Shown: positions 1 to 12,600 of the stretch, piece by piece
Position numbering within the stretch: the first letter of the stretch is position 1
Layout: each line of letters opens with the position of its first letter
NCBI RefSeq assembly: GCF_009914755.1
Contig: NC_060941.1
Source: the human T2T-CHM13v2.0 reference genome, Homo sapiens
Length of the DNA: 64,000 bases
Strand: one strand, 5' to 3'
The notes under the pieces: model-generated
Told to the model about the DNA's origin: nothing
The model's input: only the letters and a program-made list of their open reading frames with translations
Database searches by the model: none
Position numbers and translations under genes: made by a program

Positions 1-821
1 AGGTGCATAGAGCTGGCCTCTAATGCACAGGGGGCACCCACTTCTTTAGAGTCATCTAGGCATCAACCGTCAGTTCTGTCTTCGGTCATCATGTGAATCT
101 TTCAAACTTGGAGTCTATTCAGTAGGCATCTCCCAAGGACCTTCTAGTTGAGGGGTTTGGGAAGATCAGGGGGAGCCAAGGACAAAGGGCCATGCTAACT
201 TGTTCAAAAAGTGCGTTATGGCAGGTGTTGGGCTAACACTAATCACTGCTGCAGAGAGGGACGTGCACTGAGGGAGGCAGCCAGCCTCCGCCTGTCCTCA
301 TCTCTCACTCTGCACCAGGTACACAGTATTTGAGAATTGGTGGGGGCAAGATTGGCACTGTCTGTCATGCTTGCGTTGGTGTCTAGAACCCGACAGCCTG
401 TCCTGGCACAAATCCCATCCCCTCCCAGTCTCTGGGTCAGCCCATTCCTGGGCTGGTCTTCAGGAGGGGCGCTGCTCACCCTCTGCCCTGTCGAGAACAT
501 TTTAGGAAGCTCATCCTTATATAGTTCCTTGTGAAAGTGCAATCATCCGCAGAATTCGGACGACCTCCTCTAGATGGCATGGTGCCTCTCATCACAGAGT
601 TTTGGCAAATAAGCTGTGACAGTGGTTCATGGGATTTGGTGCACACAGGCTGCCGGCATGGTTTCTGACACGGCTCCTGCTCTCTTTCTCTGGCAGACGT
701 CTTCCGCATGGTGAATGATCCTTTGTGTTTGGTCGGGAAGAACTTGGACTGTCTTAAAGAGCATTTGTACTGTAGTTGAACTTGAGTGGAGGTCATGGAA
801 GTCAAATAAGAATAGTACTGG

Positions 822-1510
<689 letters not shown>

Positions 1511-1523
1511 AGAATAGTATTGG

Positions 1524-1822
<299 letters not shown>

Positions 1823-3251
1823 TAGCATTGACTTAACATTCTTTGGTTGGAGCTCCTTGCTTGGCTTCAGGAGTGCTGCGTTCCCCCACCGAGATGTTTG
1901 GACAGGAGTGATGACTTGGTGTGTGCTGACACAGGGGGTCAGGAAGCCACGCTCATGTCTGTTGAGTGTCTTCTGTGCACACGCAGCATGCTTTGAGGGG
2001 TTCAGGAACTTGAAAGCTCTCGCAGTTAGAAGGGACATCAGGATGCAAATCCTGCCCTAGCCACGTGACCCTGAAGCCTGTGGTCCTTCAGCTGACCCAC
2101 ACTGCCTCAGAACTCACCTTCGTGTGGGTGAATCCCCAGATACTGTAATTCAAGTTGAGAAAATAAAAACTTCCAAACCAAAACGTTCACAGCCACTTGA
2201 GAAATAAAAATAGAATCCTTGAACGTTTCTTCACTACACTTCAAGGACGTGTTGAAAGTTCACTTCCCATTTAGGGACGGGCTCATGCTGAGTTGCCATT
2301 AACCCCAATTAACTCTTAACCCCTTGTGCCCACCAAGAGCAGCCCTGGAGTCTGGGGGATCCTTTCTTTTATCGCTTGAAATAACCTCCAGGATCAGGGA
2401 GCTCGGCTGTGCGATTTGTGCGCTCCGCCTCCACCCAGATGAGCCCCCCTGCGCCCTCCTCACTCCAAGCCCGAGTGCTCCGTGGTCAGCTCCCACAGGT
2501 CTCTGTGCGTTTAAGGTAGCCCTATTCAACCTTTCAAGGCTTGCTGCTGTACGAGAAGTGCCTCTGTCACCCCTGCTACCTTAACAGAGAAATCCCCATC
2601 AGCCCCCAGCCCTGGAGTGAGAAGGCTCAGAGTGGACCTGCTGGCCTCCCGTGTTGAAACTCCGGGAGCTGACAGCTGGAGTGAAGAGAAGGCTGCTGGT
2701 GCCTGAATTCTTGGCTCTAGAAACTCCATCTCACTACAGCGTGGAAGCCAAAACCAAAAAAGCTTCATATTTTTAGAGGGAAAGAAATAAGCACACACTT
2801 AGAGAACTGCCCACATAGTAACCAACCAGTCCACTGCCTCAGTAGTGTTCATGGGAGCCAGCGGGTCACAGTGTCACTCCCCTGCCCCGCCCCACTTCAG
2901 TTCCAAGCCTTCTTGCCACTCCAGGATGAGAACAAAAGCGTCGCCTGCGTGCTTCCCTGGTCACTGCTGGCCGCTTTGGCCACTGGCATTTGTCTCCATG
3001 GGACATTGCCCGCTTTTCAAGTCTCAGTCAGGAGGCAGGGCTGGGAGGGACCCTCCCCTGGGCATCACCAGTCAGCTGACAGCTGCCCTTCCAAGTGTTT
3101 TCTCTGTCACTTGGTGCAAAGGGTAATTGTGTGTCACTCTTTGTCCCATGGGTTAGTTTTGGCGTGGAGTTGCACAGAAAGTTCTTAGGACTTGTCCTTT
3201 GTTGCAGCCCTCACTTCAGCCCCTCATTCTCCTGTCTCCCCTTTCTTGTGG

Positions 3252-3574
3252 GTTTTTTGTTTTGTTTTGTTTTGTTTTTTTGAGACAGGGTCTCGCTCTG
3301 TCACCCAGGCTGGAATGCAATGGCGCAATCTCAGCTTACCACAACCTCACTACAACCTCTGCCTCCCGGGTTCAAGCCGTTCTCCTGCCTCAGCCTCCTC
3401 AGTAGCTGGGATTACAGGCACCCGCCACCACGCCTGGCTAATTTTTGTATTTTTAGTAGAGACGGGGTTTTGCCATGTTGGCCAGGCTAGTCTTGAACTC
3501 CTGACCTCAGGTGATCTGCCCGCCTTGGCCTCCCAAAGTGCTGGGATTACAGGTGTGAGCCACCATGCCTGGCC
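3252..3574 (-). mobile_element. Alu with 17-bp TSD TCCTGTCTCCCCTTTCT
   Basis: Reverse Alu consensus. TSD at 3230-3246 and 3575-3591. Confidence 0.95.
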
Positions 3575-3962
3575 TCCTGTCTCCCCTTTCTACCAGGGAA
3601 GTAGCCCCTCTGTCTTCCTTCCCCTTTTTTGAGGGAACTGAGATGGAACTATGAGTGTTGTTGAATTTCATCAAAGTCTTAGTTCCAGTTGGAAGCTGCA
3701 GTCCACTCCGTCTCCTTCCAGCCAGAGGAAGGATGACGACCAGCAGCACTTGGGTTTTTAGTTTTGTCTTGTAAGCATTTTGGTGGGTGGCGGTGGGTGA
3801 CTATTAGGGACACTGACTCCACTGTCTCCAGAAAGTAGGGATGAAAAGGATCACTCCTTTCAAGACCTTGAGCTTCTTCACTTTAGGTGAAGATGTCTTC
3901 TAAGACACCACCCCTCTGGGAGCCAAGCAGACTGAGAGTGGTCACAGTTCACCAGAGTCTGA

Positions 3963-4192
3963 TCCCCTTCTTTGTGGGGACCTTGGAGATGCTGGTGATG
4001 GCGGGAAGCCGGGCATCCCAGGCCCCCTTCCTGTGGGGATCTTGGAGATGCTGGGGAGCCAGGCACCCCAGGCCCCCTTCCTGTGGGGATCTTGGAGATG
4101 CCGATGATGGTGGGGAGCCGGGCACCCCAGGCCCCCTTCCTGTGGGGATCTTGGAGATGCTGGTGATAGTGGGGAGTCGGGCACCCCAGGCT
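3963..4192. repeat. Minisatellite/VNTR, ~59-bp unit x4 (one unit ~50 bp)
   Basis: Repeated CCCCCTTCCTGTGGGGATCTTGGAGATGCTGGTGAT..GGGAGCCGGGCACCCCAGG. Confidence 0.9.
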
Positions 4193-4519
4193 CTTCCCGG
4201 GTGCACTCTCTTCTTCATGGAGGGAGGAATATCATTCTCCCTGAAGCCAGTGGGTAAACTCAGAGCCATGCTGTTTTGATTTGATGTGTGTTTCCTAAAA
4301 TCATAACATGTCAATTCCTCAGCTGCGTTGGGAAGAGTTATTCCCTGACTATGTGCTGTTTTTAGGCAGAGCAGGTGACTCTTGCCCACATGCTGCTGGC
4401 TTTGCCAAGTCAGGCACTGCCCCCCGCAGGAGGCATGGAAAACGTGTACAAGGCAGGTTGGCAAGACTGGGGCTGCCCCTTCACCCACTCTAGCAGGCAC
4501 TCCCCCCACCAAATGCAGT

Positions 4520-5000
4520 GCATCCTACAAAGCTTTTGTGAGCATCCCACGTTTGAGAGCCTTCCTAGGTGCTGCGACAAACAAGGATGCAGTCCTTGCC
4601 CTCAAGGGGGTTACACTCTGCTGGGGACACAAAATCAACCCAAGAGAAAGCAGCGGTTCAGAGCCTACTGGAATGAAGTCAGGTGGTATCAACTGTGTGT
4701 TGGTAATTCAGTCAAGAGCCCCCAGGGAGGATTAAAATAACTTGTAGAGGAGATTGGCACTTGAGCAGGGCTCAGAAGGTCACAGGGGAAGATTCTTTGC
4801 CAGCAGGAGGGTGAAGGCATGAGGTTGAAAATTTGAGGACGGGGTGTCAGAGAGGGGGACCTTCTCCCTCTGCCGCTTTCTGGCTGTGTCACTGAACCTC
4901 TCCAGCCCCCCAGTTTCCTCATCAGTAAGATGAGGGCATCGTCACCTGCACCAGTGACCTTGCAGCGGGCCATGAGCATGAAATGAAACCATGTGTGTTA
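4520..5000. mobile_element. Degenerate L2 fragment followed by a MIR fragment
   Basis: gtccttgccctcaaggggg..tacactctg (L2-like) and cagtttcctcatcagtaagatgagg (MIR core). Confidence 0.55.
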
Positions 5001-6009
5001 GCGCTTGGCAGAGTGTGGAGGGGCTGCAGCTTGGGCAGTGATGTTATCACAGGGCAGTTTTGATAGCACAGGGCAGGGCGGATCAAAGGACCAGTGGCTG
5101 GGACAATGCGGCCTTGGGATTGGCTGTGACAGATCTGCAGGCAGAGGGTGGGACCCGGAGACTGTACAAGGTGTTAAACAGGGTATTTAATTTGAGATTG
5201 GCACCAAGTTTAAAATTTCATTTTGTTTCTCTGACCAGCTAAATGTGCAGAGAAATTTGGGGATGGGGAGATAAGTATCTACCCGCTTTACTTTTGTGCT
5301 CTAATGTTGACGCCCTCACTCACACGCTCCGTGGTGCGGTTAAAGGACATAACACATTGCCAGTCCTGGGCTCCTTTTGCATATGACACAGAAGCACGCA
5401 GAGTCGGAGCCTTTCTTCTGTAAGTGCCATGTGCTGTAGGGTTAGAACTGGAGAGGAGGGAGGCAGGTGGTGGACACGGCACAGCCTCAGCAGGCGTGAG
5501 TTGAGCGTTCTTGGTTTAAAGATCCATTCTCGGAAGTAGCACAGCATTTGTTTCTCCCATTCCATGGCTGGGCAGCTGACTCTTCAGTCTGTTCCAAACC
5601 ACTCCAAGAGGAAAGTGGAGGCTCCAGTTAGTGACTGAGCCCTTGGTACCCAGATGCCAGGCTGCTCAAACAGGCACAAGTGTCAGTACTTCCGGGTCCT
5701 CAGCAAAGCCACGTCCTGTCCAGGAAATCTCCAGGCACAGCCCACAACAGGCCCCCGTGAGGCTGCAGGGTCCCTTCCCCACATCTTCGAGTCACTGATT
5801 CTGAAGAGTAGATTTCCTTCCTGTCCAGAGGACAGAAGGCTGGGCTTGAGATTAGGCACTCTCTTTACTCCCTACTGTGCTTAAATCTCATTTCTGGTGG
5901 CATCTAGAGAAACGGCTCCTCCCTGTCAGCCCCATCCTTAATGCATGCGTAGGACTGGGCTCTGTCCTGTTGGGGGTGCTATTGGGAGCCTTGCCTTGCA
6001 AGAGGGCAC

Positions 6010-6097
6010 TTCTGGCCTGGGAGAGAACACACATCTGTGGTTTGAAGCCCCCCAGTTTGTGGTCATCTGTGATAGCAGCCCCAGGAACCTCATGTAG
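6010..6097 (+). mobile_element. MaLR (MLT1-type) LTR 3' end
   Basis: tttgaagccccccagtttgtggtcatctgtgatagcagcccc resembles the MLT1 terminal consensus. Confidence 0.55.
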
Positions 6098-9000
6098 AGA
6101 GCAAGGAAAGAGTCAGAGATTGCTGGAAGTCTGGAGCCTGGGCAACTGGAGGTGGGCAGCGCATGTAAGGGACACAGGAGGACAGGCAGCCCTGTTGAGC
6201 TGTAGACTGCAGAACGTTCTAAAAGAGCTGTGGCTGAGCATTGCCTGCAGTGCCCTGGGAATGTTAGCCTCCTTGTCTCCATCAAGACTTCAGCAAGGCT
6301 GCTGTGGGGCCCCTGGTGTTATCTAAACTCACTGACCCAAAAAGAAAGAGGATCTGAACAGACCCATTTGTACTCTCCTGGGTCCGTCCCGGACTTTATT
6401 CCCCATGACCAGTTTGAAGATGTTATTAGAAATCAGAGTTTTCTTTTTTCGTTTTTTTTTGTTTTTTTTTAGAAATGTGCTTGGCTGCAGCGACTCGTGT
6501 CTCTGCCTCCTGTAATGAGTTGGGCTACAAGAGTCCTTGAGCAGAGACTGAGTTTGAACTGATCAATGGCATTTGGGGGTTGGAAAATTGCTCAGGAGCC
6601 AGCTAATTTATAATGTCATATGGGCTAGACTGGAAGACCCAAGAGAGTAGGCTGTCTCTTTTGGCTTTTTATCTCTCCTTTTTTTAAAAAGGAAAGAAAA
6701 CACAAAGTGCCACGCTTGGCTGTTGAGCATTCAGAGATGGACACTGCCCCTGCTAGACCATCTGGAGACAGGGGCTGTTCCTTCTCCCGCCCCCCTCCCT
6801 CCCCAAGACCTCAGCGGCCACACCGTGGCGTGGCAGCGCATGCCATTGCCTCTGTCCTCATCCTTTGTCACTCCGGATGCCTGCTCCTGCAGTTGCTGAG
6901 TTCTGGCTCTAACTAATTTGCAGAGGACACCTGTTCCTTAATTAGCCCCAGCTCGCAGTCTGTGTCTTCATCTGGGTGCTCTCTGATGTGTGAGCTCGCA
7001 GTCCTATGGAAGGGCTGCTGTTTGGCAGTCTGTGCGTGTTTGCTGTGACTAAGTGGGCCCTGAGCCTTCCCAAGCGTTATGGTCGGTCTGTACTCCTGAG
7101 CATGAAACGAAAAAGAAGCCACATTCCAACCATCATCCATCTATGGACGTTGCAGCCATTGGCCAGATCTTCCAGAAGAGTCCTTCATTGCCAGTTCCCA
7201 TGCTGAGTACAGACCTGCTGTCCCCAGAACTGGGTCTGAGAACACTAAGCGGATATGAACCCTCGTTTCGACTCCTCTAGATTCATATTCCTGGTCACTC
7301 AAGTGGCACCTCACACATACCACTTACAATACCTTTCAGAGGTACATCTGATTAAATAGAGGGATGCTGTCAGTGGGCTGGGATTCATCCATACAGGGTT
7401 TTACAGAATGGAGCCTTCTGTGTCCTAGGATCTTGACAAGCATCTGCCGAGGACAGGAACAGAGATGGACAGGGCCCCTGGAGGACAGGACCCAGGCAGC
7501 CTGCAGGAGCATTCCCTGCCTGCCCCTGGGGGTGGTTCTGCTGTCCGTCTATTTTTATGGTGTAAAACCTTCTAAAAACCAGTCTTTAGGTCTCTGAGAT
7601 GAGATCTGACCTCCCACATAAGCCACCCCCAAGATCTCCAGCCCCCACAGCTGGAGGACCATAATTTCAGCGGGAAGTCAGAGGCGAACTACCCAAACAC
7701 CCGGGCACACCAGGAGTCCAGTTTCCAGCAGACCACAGTTACTTGGAAACATTTGTGGCAGGTGGCTCTGTGTTTATGCATTCTTCTACCTGACATCTCC
7801 CTCTTCATCCTTCAAAAGAGAAATTCATCAGTGGAAAGTTTCCCTGAAGTGGTAATTTTCCTAAATGACTTACTGATGGTGCTGCGTACAGACCTGCTCC
7901 GCCAGAGTCAACGTTCTGCATGCGCTACCGTGTCCCCAGCTCCTCTCCCTGGGCTGAGGGGACGGCGGAGGCTGTCCACTGCTTTTGTAAGGAGAGCCCT
8001 TTCCTCTGCCTTCCCCTGCCCAGCCCCATCCCCCAAGCCTGATAGAAAGAAAGACTTCTTTCCCCTCTCCTGAGTGGAAGCAGGGCCAGTTCTGAGGCCC
8101 CCAGCAGAAAGCTGCTCTTTCCAAAGCCCTCCATGCCTGGTGGCTGCCAGGTCGCCTTCTCTAGCCCAGCTAATTAGAGCCTTTCCTTAAGCGGCACTTC
8201 AGTCCTCCGCATCACTCATCCTTACAGTGATAATGGACTTGGATAAGAGGTCACAGCTTCTCCCACATCCTGCCCTCCTTATGGCCAGAGGTGGGGGGCG
8301 GGGGGCGGGACAGGCTCAGCTCCTCCTTCTGCGGGGCTCCTACCTGTCAGTCACAGGGGCTGGCCGAGGGCTGAGCAGCTGTGATGGATTCACCCAGATG
8401 ACAGGCCAGAGCCCGACTCCCCAAGTGGGCCCGCTCCCCACATTCGTTCAGGCTTCCGAGCCGCCTGCCGCATCTCTGGTGAGCGTCATTAGCATTAACG
8501 TGATAAAATGGCACTGTGTAAATGTTAATAAGGTCTGATGCCTCACACTGCTTCCGAGTGGCAGATTGGAAATGGTACCATCATCTTAACTGCAATGAGC
8601 AGCTCTTAATTCCTCTACTCCCTGAGCAACCAATTTGGCATGGAAATCCTAACCTTCCCCACACTCCAGTCTCTGCTCTGTCACATTTACCCCCATTTTC
8701 CTTTGCAAAGAAGGTTCCCATTTCCCACAGACCAGTTTTCTGAGACAGAGTTTGACTTTTGTTTTTTGAGTCAACACTTTCCCCTGTTCTCCAAAGAGAA
8801 ATGAGAGGACCCATGCTGACCAGCACCCGCTTCTCTGCCTGGGTCCCATCCTCAGCCCAGAACTTCTTTGCCCTGGTTTTCCTAGATGCAGCTCCTTTCC
8901 TTGGTCATCCCGGGTACTTCCGAGGGGCCTGCCCTGGAAGCCAGGGGCTCTCGTTCTCCAGGCTTCTCCTCTCGAAGTCAAAAACGTGGCCCATGCACAT

Positions 9001-9523
9001 CCCGATCACTCCTCTCCAAGCCCGTCAGAAGAGGTGTCCTCTCCTGCGAGGCTTCGTCAGGGCTCCTGGGGTCCCTCCCCACTGTGTCCTTTCTTCGCAG
9101 TAAACTAAGAGTCAGAGACATGGCTGGTGCTTCTTTTGGATCCTTTTTGCCATTATGTCTCTAGCCCATGCTCATGGGCAGTTCGAGGGTGGGCACATCA
9201 TGGATCTTCAATCTGTGTTTGCTGAAGAGAGCAGGACGCATGGGGTCCCTGGAATGACACCTGGGCCTTGCCTAGGAGGCTCAGCATTGTCGGAACAGTA
9301 CATGTGAGCAGCAGCAGGGAAGCATGGCTCTGGAGCTTTTGTTCCACCCCTGGCACTGGCACTTACCCAAGGTGACCCCAGGGAGCCTCTGCCAGTCCAG
9401 GTGTGCCCAAGTCAGGCCCGGCCTTAGCTATGGGCGGAGGCCACGTGAGCAGCAGCGTCTTCCGTGTGCAGACAGTCTGCTGGTGCGGCCTGCACCCTCC
9501 TCACTCTTGTTTCCATCCCCCAG

Positions 9524-9617
9524 GCGATCTTCACTCTCCTCCTCGGACCGTTCACCTTCTTTGACGTCCAGAAGACCAAGTACCTGCAGATCCTGACCTC
9601 TCTGATGAGATGGATCG
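9524..9617 (+). CDS. TMEM104: TMEM104 (SLC38A12) penultimate coding exon, 94 nt (AIFTLLLGPFTFFDVQKTKYLQILTSLMRWI+G)
   Basis: Pyrimidine tract plus cag|GCG acceptor and G|gtgagt donor. The phase-1 end joins in frame (G+CT=Ala) to the exon at 25701. Hydrophobic transporter-like peptide recognised as TMEM104. Confidence 0.93.
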
Positions 9618-12600
9618 GTGAGTCTGAGAAACAGCTCGAGTCTCTGCGCTTTCTCCTCTCGTCCCTTCCCTCTCCTTTCATGAGAGGCCGTGCAGGGCCC
9701 CCAGCCGTAGCTGGAGTGTGGTGGTGGTTTCCATTGACTCAGGCCTGTCTGGTCCTCCCACCTTTCCAAAGGATAAGGAGGGGGCTGAATACTCAGCTTG
9801 CCTTTTACTGCTGGGGAAATTTAACACCAAAACAAGATGATTGTTTCGAGGTCACATAGTGTGGATGGAGCTGGGGCTAGAGCCCAGGATTGTTCATTCT
9901 AGGACCAGCTTCTTTCTCATACAACCATGCTGGGTGCCCACTGACCCAGAGGCTGGCAGGGGGGCTCCCAAAGGCCTGGGTTGGGCTGTGCCCTGCAGGG
10001 CACGAGAGCGGCGCGGCTCTGCGTTCTCATGAGTGTGCTATGTGGCATAACCATAAAAGCCAGCGGGCCATGGCAGCAGCCACTCTCTGCCTCTGGGTCT
10101 CTGGCCACCAGGGCATGAAAAGACACTCCCTCCACAGCATCTTCTAACCAACGGACACTGTGCTGAGCATGAGTGCCATTGTCCTCAGCTGCGGTCTGGG
10201 CGTCTGTTCCCCCAAACAGGTTGGTGGTTGGGGGCTGGTCTACTTCCGCCACACCATCCTGCCAGCCACCTCTGGGAAAGGGCCAGCTGCCGATCCACCT
10301 GGACGGAGGACAGGAGCGGGTGGGGCCCTCTGTGGCCAGCACGGCTTTGGGCGTCTGTTGGACCCCTCTTCTGCTCAATCTAAAAACAAAGAAGGCTGTT
10401 GCTGTTCTGAGAGAGGGGCCTGGACAGAGTGGGTGTGTCCAGGCTCCAGGAGCTTGCCTGCCTCTCAGCACAGAAGCACTTGGCTCTAGAGGAGCCAAGG
10501 CTGGGGCTCCTCCTTCCTGACCACCTTCCCCAGCCCCGTTTCCCACTGTGCTCGCCCATTCTACCCTCATCCAGACTCTGGGGGTGCACGCTGATCCTGA
10601 TTCCATGCCAGGACTCAGCAGCGGGTCATGGTCGCCGAGGACACTTTCTGATCTAAATGACTTCCAGCAGCTTGACATCTGCAATTCCCCTGGTTCCCCA
10701 GTCTCAGGATTATGAGATGTCAGTCTAAGGAGCCTCTGTACACGGCAGTCTTGGCATCTTTAGTTGGAAGGGGCCACAGCAGTCAGGTAGCCCCGCCTCG
10801 CCCCTCTGGGAGCAGGCTGTACAGCACAGGGGACAGGGTGGCCTCCGGGGCCCAGAGCTCACGACTGGATGAGGCTCCCACTCCACTCTGAGGGGTTGTA
10901 TGTCAGTGCTGGAAAGTTTTTCCTTGCCTTGAGCCATGCTCACCAGCCTGTAACTTCTTTGCCCTCTTGGTTTGTCCTTGCAAGGAGATGAGAGCAGGAT
11001 GGAGATGAGTTGTGAGGCCCCCACAGGGGCACATCATCTGGGCCTAGCCCGTCCTTGGGCATCAAGCTGACACGAGGGAGCGGGAGGACACCTGTCCATC
11101 CCTAGACAGGGCGGAAGTCTGCATCTGCCCCATTCAGTCTGTGTGGTCACATACTCACCAGTGAGTGCCGTTCCCAAATTGCACTCACAAGTTCCAAAGC
11201 CCCAGGTTAAATTAACGTGACTACCTGGGGGAAGATGGGAGTTGTTACTTAGAACCTGGGGATCCCACCAGCTCCAAGGAATGGATTTAGAATGGAGCCT
11301 CCCTGGGTGCCAGGAGGGATTGTGTCCAGAAGTCAGAGTCAGCAGGGATCAGAAACACCAGGGCTCAGCCGTCCACCCTTCCTATTTCTCTGCTTATATG
11401 AAGTATTTGAGAGCTCTGGGTAAGGCCGAGTGGGTAAGACCTGGTGGTCTCAGAAGAAGGAGTTTTCTCAGTAAAGCAGGATTTAGAGAAAACCGTTCTC
11501 CCTCCTTGCCTTCCTGGCCTAAGTCTGGTGCTCCAGCTCCTGTGGCTCCCTGCAGCCACATCTGTAGCCCCAAAGTCTGGCCCCTACCCTGTGTGGGACT
11601 GGCTGCACTTGACCCGCCCCTCAGCACTGGGGAGGGGGAAAGGGCCCCGTGGGCACTGGCATGGAGAAAGCTGAGCTGATTCCCGTCCCTTCCCCTCATC
11701 CAGGAGGACAGGAACAGGCTGGGGAGAGGTGGAGGGGGACGTTCCTGCTTTAGCCGGCATGGGGATGACACCCAGGATAGTGACAGTTAATGGCTTCCGA
11801 AGACCCCTGCACTTGTTTAGGGTGACAGATTCCTCCCCGTGTCTGGGGAGCAATACATTTGTTGAAAGGGAAAAGATTGTAAAAAGGAGAAGAGGAGGCT
11901 GAGGGCAAATAAAGAGCGATTGTCTCAGAGCAGGAGACCAGCTGTATCCCTGCATCAGTCAGAGGAGAAGCCAAATTCTGTGGCCAGCAGGGCCCCGGGG
12001 TCCTGGAAGGCGTCTGGGGACAGCCCGGGCCCCTTGCCATTCTGCTGTTGGAGACCCTGCTTCCCCAGAGTCAGGCTCACCGTAGACTTGGCTTTAGAAA
12101 ATCAACTCCTGTTTCCCCCAGCCCCTTCCCACCCCCAGGTCTCCCACCCTGAGGCTCCCGGGGCCCTGCAGTGCTGCGGAGCAGGTGACAGTGGCCTCGA
12201 GAGAGGCTTTTGGCAGCATCAGGAGCCGGAGGTGGAGACCAGCTCGGGAAGGTCGACAGCACTTGTTTTTTTGGTGGTGACATTGTTGTCTTAGCAAGTC
12301 ATCTGCCTCTTTTCCTTTTGATCCAAGAGATAATCAAATGTCAGGAGCCTCTCAGGCGAACCTTTTCTCCAGAATGCTGCTGGGGGCGACAGCAAAGGCA
12401 GTGATTTTTTCTCCATGAGAGACTCAGACCTCTGGGATTAAAAAGCAAACCTTTCTGTGGCACAGCCCTCTCGCCAGAAGAAAAATTACCCAGTTAAGTA
12501 AACTCTGAAGCGCAGCTGGGTCTAGGGTTCCATTCCCCAGCAGCCAGCACTGGAACCAGCGGGGTATTTTTCTTCCCAGTGCTGGCGGAAGGTGTGTCCC

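Noticed and set aside
3963-4192. Repeat array considered as CRISPR-like
   Set aside because: Units are contiguous with no unique spacers, there are no cas genes, and the context is eukaryotic. It is a minisatellite.
9917-10684. 255-aa - strand ORF (and the 218-aa ORF at 19101) in the TMEM104 intron as nested genes
   Set aside because: TTG starts, no codon bias or domain, and no supporting exon structure. The ORF at 19101 begins inside an Alu.
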